From Candidatus Bathyarchaeia archaeon (GTDB lineage: Archaea > Thermoproteota > Bathyarchaeia > Bathyarchaeales > Bathyarchaeaceae), in assembly GCA_035283685.1 (NCBI GenBank), contig DATETJ010000009.1:332925-396924 (forward strand): DNA of 64,000 nucleotides. Reading direction: 5' to 3'. Positions 61,296 through 64,000 of the stretch are shown piece after piece. Position numbers and translations under genes: made by a program. Every line of letters begins with the position of its first letter. Position 1 is the first letter of the stretch. Below the pieces are notes generated by a model. That model was not told where the DNA came from, did no database searches, and was given only the letters and a program-made list of their open reading frames with translations.

Positions 61296-64000
61296 CTAGC
61301 TTGGGCCCTGCAGCCAACCACGAATCCCAAGTTGCTTCACTCTGATTGTCACCTGTTCAAGCTCGCAATGTCTGTATTCTCCAGCCTCGTTCATGTACCG
61401 AATCTTTGGCGTGAAAATGAACTCTCCTTTCTTTCTAGGCTTTATTCTCAGCTTCATGTCCTCTGCTTCAAGGGGGCCCAGCTTTTTTCCCTTAAGATTA
61501 AGAAATCCGTCTTCGATCACGCCTTTTTGGGGTTTGTCAATGAGATCGCATCCTTCGGGAATGATGTTTTCTATCTTAACCAAAAAAGCTGCGTCTTTTC
61601 CAAGGTTTGCGATGTGAACCTCTATTGGGAAACTTTCGCCGAATAGGATCTCTTTGGAACTGGCTACCACATTTGCCTGAACAAATGCGCCATCAAATTT
61701 TGAAAAGCCAACGGGCTCTTCTACGGAAAAACGTGGAGTTGAAATCATGGTGGTGCTTGATGCGTCAGCAGGTGCGGCCAATAATTCCCCTAAGGATAGC
61801 GCAAATTCACGCTTTTCTTTTATTTTCTTTAAGGCTCTCAATACCTCGTCTCTTTTTCCAATGTATCCAGCTTTTTCATATAGCCCAGCTGACTGCTCAA
61901 GGCATTTCTCTGCAACGAGATACGCATTCATCTTCTTCCTTGGGTCCGTCTCCGCCTCAGCATCACTAATGTAACTATATGCATCAAACACAGTCTCAGT
62001 GGCGCTAGTCCATAGAGAAGCGTTTTCAAAACCAGCTTTCAGATAGTATTTGGATGCGCTTCCAAGAAACTGTTTTGCTTTGGAAAGGCTCTCCTTGACT
62101 CGGCTCTCCTCGAATCTGGTGCCAAATTCCAACGCCTTGCAGAGAGCGTTGTTACCTAACGCAAGCAGACTTGTCCGGTCATTTGCACTGTGTTCTCTTG
62201 CTTTCATAAATAGTTCAGAGGCTTCATGATAGAATTCTGGCAAATCCCTTCCATCAGCTATTTTCATTTTTTGCCATGCTCGACACATGTGAATGATCGA
62301 TTCGATCTCCTTTCGTTCCACTGTTTCATCCTTGAGGGTTTTCAGAATTTTCTCGAATGTTGTAGCCGCCGAATCGTACTTTTCAGCGCTTTTGGCGTAA
62401 TCTCCTTTGAGATCGTCCATTCGTGCTTGTTCCACGTCAGCTCTAGCTAGGCAGTAGTCTTTTCTGCGCAGACAGGCTTTTTCAAGTTCAATTGCATTTT
62501 CCCTTTCATCGGAGACGGTGATTTTGGTGATCTCGTTTTCAAAGGCTTCTTGGGCTTCATTGAAGAGTTCTGCAGCTCTCTTGAAAGCATCTGTTGACTC
62601 GATGCTTTTTTCTTTTCTACTCAAGTCTTCCGCCTGTTCCAAAAACGACAGTGCAAGGAAGTTTGGCGCCAGATAGCCCCATAATTTTGATGATTTGAGG
62701 AGATTTGCCGTATTTTCATAATGTTTCGCTGCAACCGAGTATTCTTCGTTTTTGTGGGCAAGTTTGCCTTGCTCGATTTCATGCCATGCCTTCATGTAAG
62801 TGGCATAGTCTAAGTAGAAATCGGCGAAAAGAAGGATTTTTTGGGATGCGGTCTTATACTCTGCGAATGCATTTTCAAAAATCTCTGCAGCTTTGTGATA
62901 ACTGCCGAGTCGATCGTGGTTCCTCGCAGTTTTCCAGTAGCACTCGGCAACTCGACTTGACAAGTTGATTTCTTTGAATTTCTTAGCTGCATCACCGTAT
63001 ACTTCTATTGCTCGTGCTAACATTTCTTTGTCTTCGGTAAGTATGTAAAGCTCATTGAGTATTCCTCCTAACCAGTCTTCGAATCTTCCAACAGCAGATA
63101 TCAGAGTTGGTACGTGCCGCGACAATATCCATTTTCTACATTGAGACGTGCCTTCTTCCATGTCAGAGGCGGCGCTTTTCAGAAGGTCTGTCTTTTTGTC
63201 TCTATCAGTCTCTACTCTAGACAGTTCCGCTTTGATTAGTCCCTCATAATTTTTGCCGACACCGCGAATCCAATCGTTGAAGGGAAATGCTTTTTCAACA
63301 ATCTTTATGTATTCTTTTCTGTGGTTCAGCGCTTCCTCTAAGAGTCTTGTCTTCTCTTCTCTTTCGGTCTTCAGACTGGACAAGAAGTGAAGCGCCTTGC
63401 TCAGAGCATGGAGGGTGGAACCGGTTGCATCTGGCGAGCCTGAACGGATCGCGTGTTCCAGTCCTTTACGGCCTATTTGAACTGCGTTTTCCGATGTGGC
63501 GCGTTTTTTTCCTGAACTGACTTCAAAGTCCCGCGCCAGTGAGGAGTAGCTTTCAGCATAGAACAAATAGGTTTCTGCTATGTAGAAATCGTGGGATGAT
63601 GCCCGGAGGCGATGTATGGCCTCTTGAGAATGTTTGACGATTTTTTCGTACCCTTCCTTCTTTTTGTCAGGGTCTTCCTCTTTCAGAAGAATCCAATTGG
63701 TAACAAATGCAAGGATGTATGATGCAACACCGATGAGGTAGTTATCTCGCAGAATTGCGGCTTGCTTTAGCATTTCTTGGGCGTACTCACGTGCCTTTTC
63801 AGTTTTGTCTGTGAATATCAATGTGGCGAGGGCGGCAGCCCAGTTGGACATAGCCGCATAATAGGTGTTATCTACTTCTCGGGAGAGCTCCAACGCTTTC
63901 TCTGAATAGCTTAAGCTTCTCCCCACGAGTTCCTTTCTTTTTTCTTCTTCCTCTCCAATGTAAGCATGCCAGCTTTGAAGACTGGCTGTAGCATAGGCGC
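61296..64000 (-). CDS. Large TPR/helical-repeat protein with C-terminal CARDB/NEW3-like beta domain (5' end outside the window)
   Basis: The reading frame stays open from 63926 to the window edge (…AYATASLQSWHAYIGEEEEKRKELVGRSL…). The body consists of helical repeats rich in A/Y/E/K. The C-terminus reads FPIEVHIANLGKDAAFLVKIENIIPEG. Confidence 0.8.
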   Translation of the reverse strand, partial: AYATASLQSWHAYIGEEEEKRKELVGRSLSYSEKALELSREVDNTYYAAMSNWAAALATLIFTDKTEKAREYAQEMLKQAAILRDNYLIGVASYILAFVTNWILLKEEDPDKKKEGYEKIVKHSQEAIHRLRASSHDFYIAETYLFYAESYSSLARDFEVSSGKKRATSENAVQIGRKGLEHAIRSGSPDATGSTLHALSKALHFLSSLKTEREEKTRLLEEALNHRKEYIKIVEKAFPFNDWIRGVGKNYEGLIKAELSRVETDRDKKTDLLKSAASDMEEGTSQCRKWILSRHVPTLISAVGRFEDWLGGILNELYILTEDKEMLARAIEVYGDAAKKFKEINLSSRVAECYWKTARNHDRLGSYHKAAEIFENAFAEYKTASQKILLFADFYLDYATYMKAWHEIEQGKLAHKNEEYSVAAKHYENTANLLKSSKLWGYLAPNFLALSFLEQAEDLSRKEKSIESTDAFKRAAELFNEAQEAFENEITKITVSDERENAIELEKACLRRKDYCLARADVEQARMDDLKGDYAKSAEKYDSAATTFEKILKTLKDETVERKEIESIIHMCRAWQKMKIADGRDLPEFYHEASELFMKAREHSANDRTSLLALGNNALCKALEFGTRFEESRVKESLSKAKQFLGSASKYYLKAGFENASLWTSATETVFDAYSYISDAEAETDPRKKMNAYLVAEKCLEQSAGLYEKAGYIGKRDEVLRALKKIKEKREFALSLGELLAAPADASSTTMISTPRFSVEEPVGFSKFDGAFVQANVVASSKEILFGESFPIEVHIANLGKDAAFLVKIENIIPEGCDLIDKPQKGVIEDGFLNLKGKKLGPLEAEDMKLRIKPRKKGEFIFTPKIRYMNEAGEYRHCELEQVTIRVKQLGIRGWLQGPS

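Noticed and set aside
1-64000. Mobile elements, prophage or a defence island
   Set aside because: No transposase, integrase, recombinase, restriction-modification, Cas, or toxin domains (PIN/HEPN and similar) were recognisable in any long ORF. The only weak hints are the small-regulator cluster beside the tRNA.

Overview
The window looks archaeal. Evidence: Ftr, AcnX-type phosphomevalonate dehydratase, a BHB-type tRNA intron, TATA-like promoters and a Cren7-like small protein. Gene content suggests a TACK/Bathyarchaeia-like lineage, but that is inference only.

- **0.2-33 kb:** one large, almost co-directional cell-surface glycan/exopolysaccharide island. It holds an RHH regulator plus CysD/CysN sulfate activation, two Thr-nucleophile alkaline-phosphatase-superfamily enzymes (one sulfatase-like), four GT4 and two GT2 glycosyltransferases and a 713-aa polytopic membrane protein. 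It also holds a CE4-like deacetylase, two GNATs, a methyltransferase, a P-loop kinase-like protein, an NTase-domain protein and two Gfo/Idh/MocA + DUF362 gene pairs. Three large secreted or anchored proteins carry CARDB, PKD, InlB-B-like and CBM-like modules.
- **33-36 kb:** a cluster of very small DNA-binding proteins and a tRNA-Pro(UGG) with a 15-nt non-canonical intron.
- **36-47 kb:** TupABC-like tungstate transporter, a stand-alone LigD phosphoesterase, Nif3, two Hsp20 paralogs, an M24 peptidase, PfkA, SOD and a cyclophilin.
- **47.5-52 kb:** an unusual cluster of CuA-motif cupredoxin proteins. One is fused to a NapH/NosR-like FeS membrane domain. An ArsR-type regulator is transcribed divergently.
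- **52-64 kb:** LURP-one-like protein, AcnX large and small subunits, MDH/LDH, Ftr, GlnA, HutI, a secreted protein and a truncated TPR giant.

No rRNA, CRISPR array, transposase or integrase was seen.

The most notable points are:
- the cupredoxin/FeS module;
- an in-frame TAG joining a Gfo/Idh/MocA ORF to a DUF362 ORF that lacks any canonical start codon;
- the duplicated oxidoreductase-DUF362 module;
- the sulfatase-like enzyme with a T-P-P-S-H motif next to CysDN.
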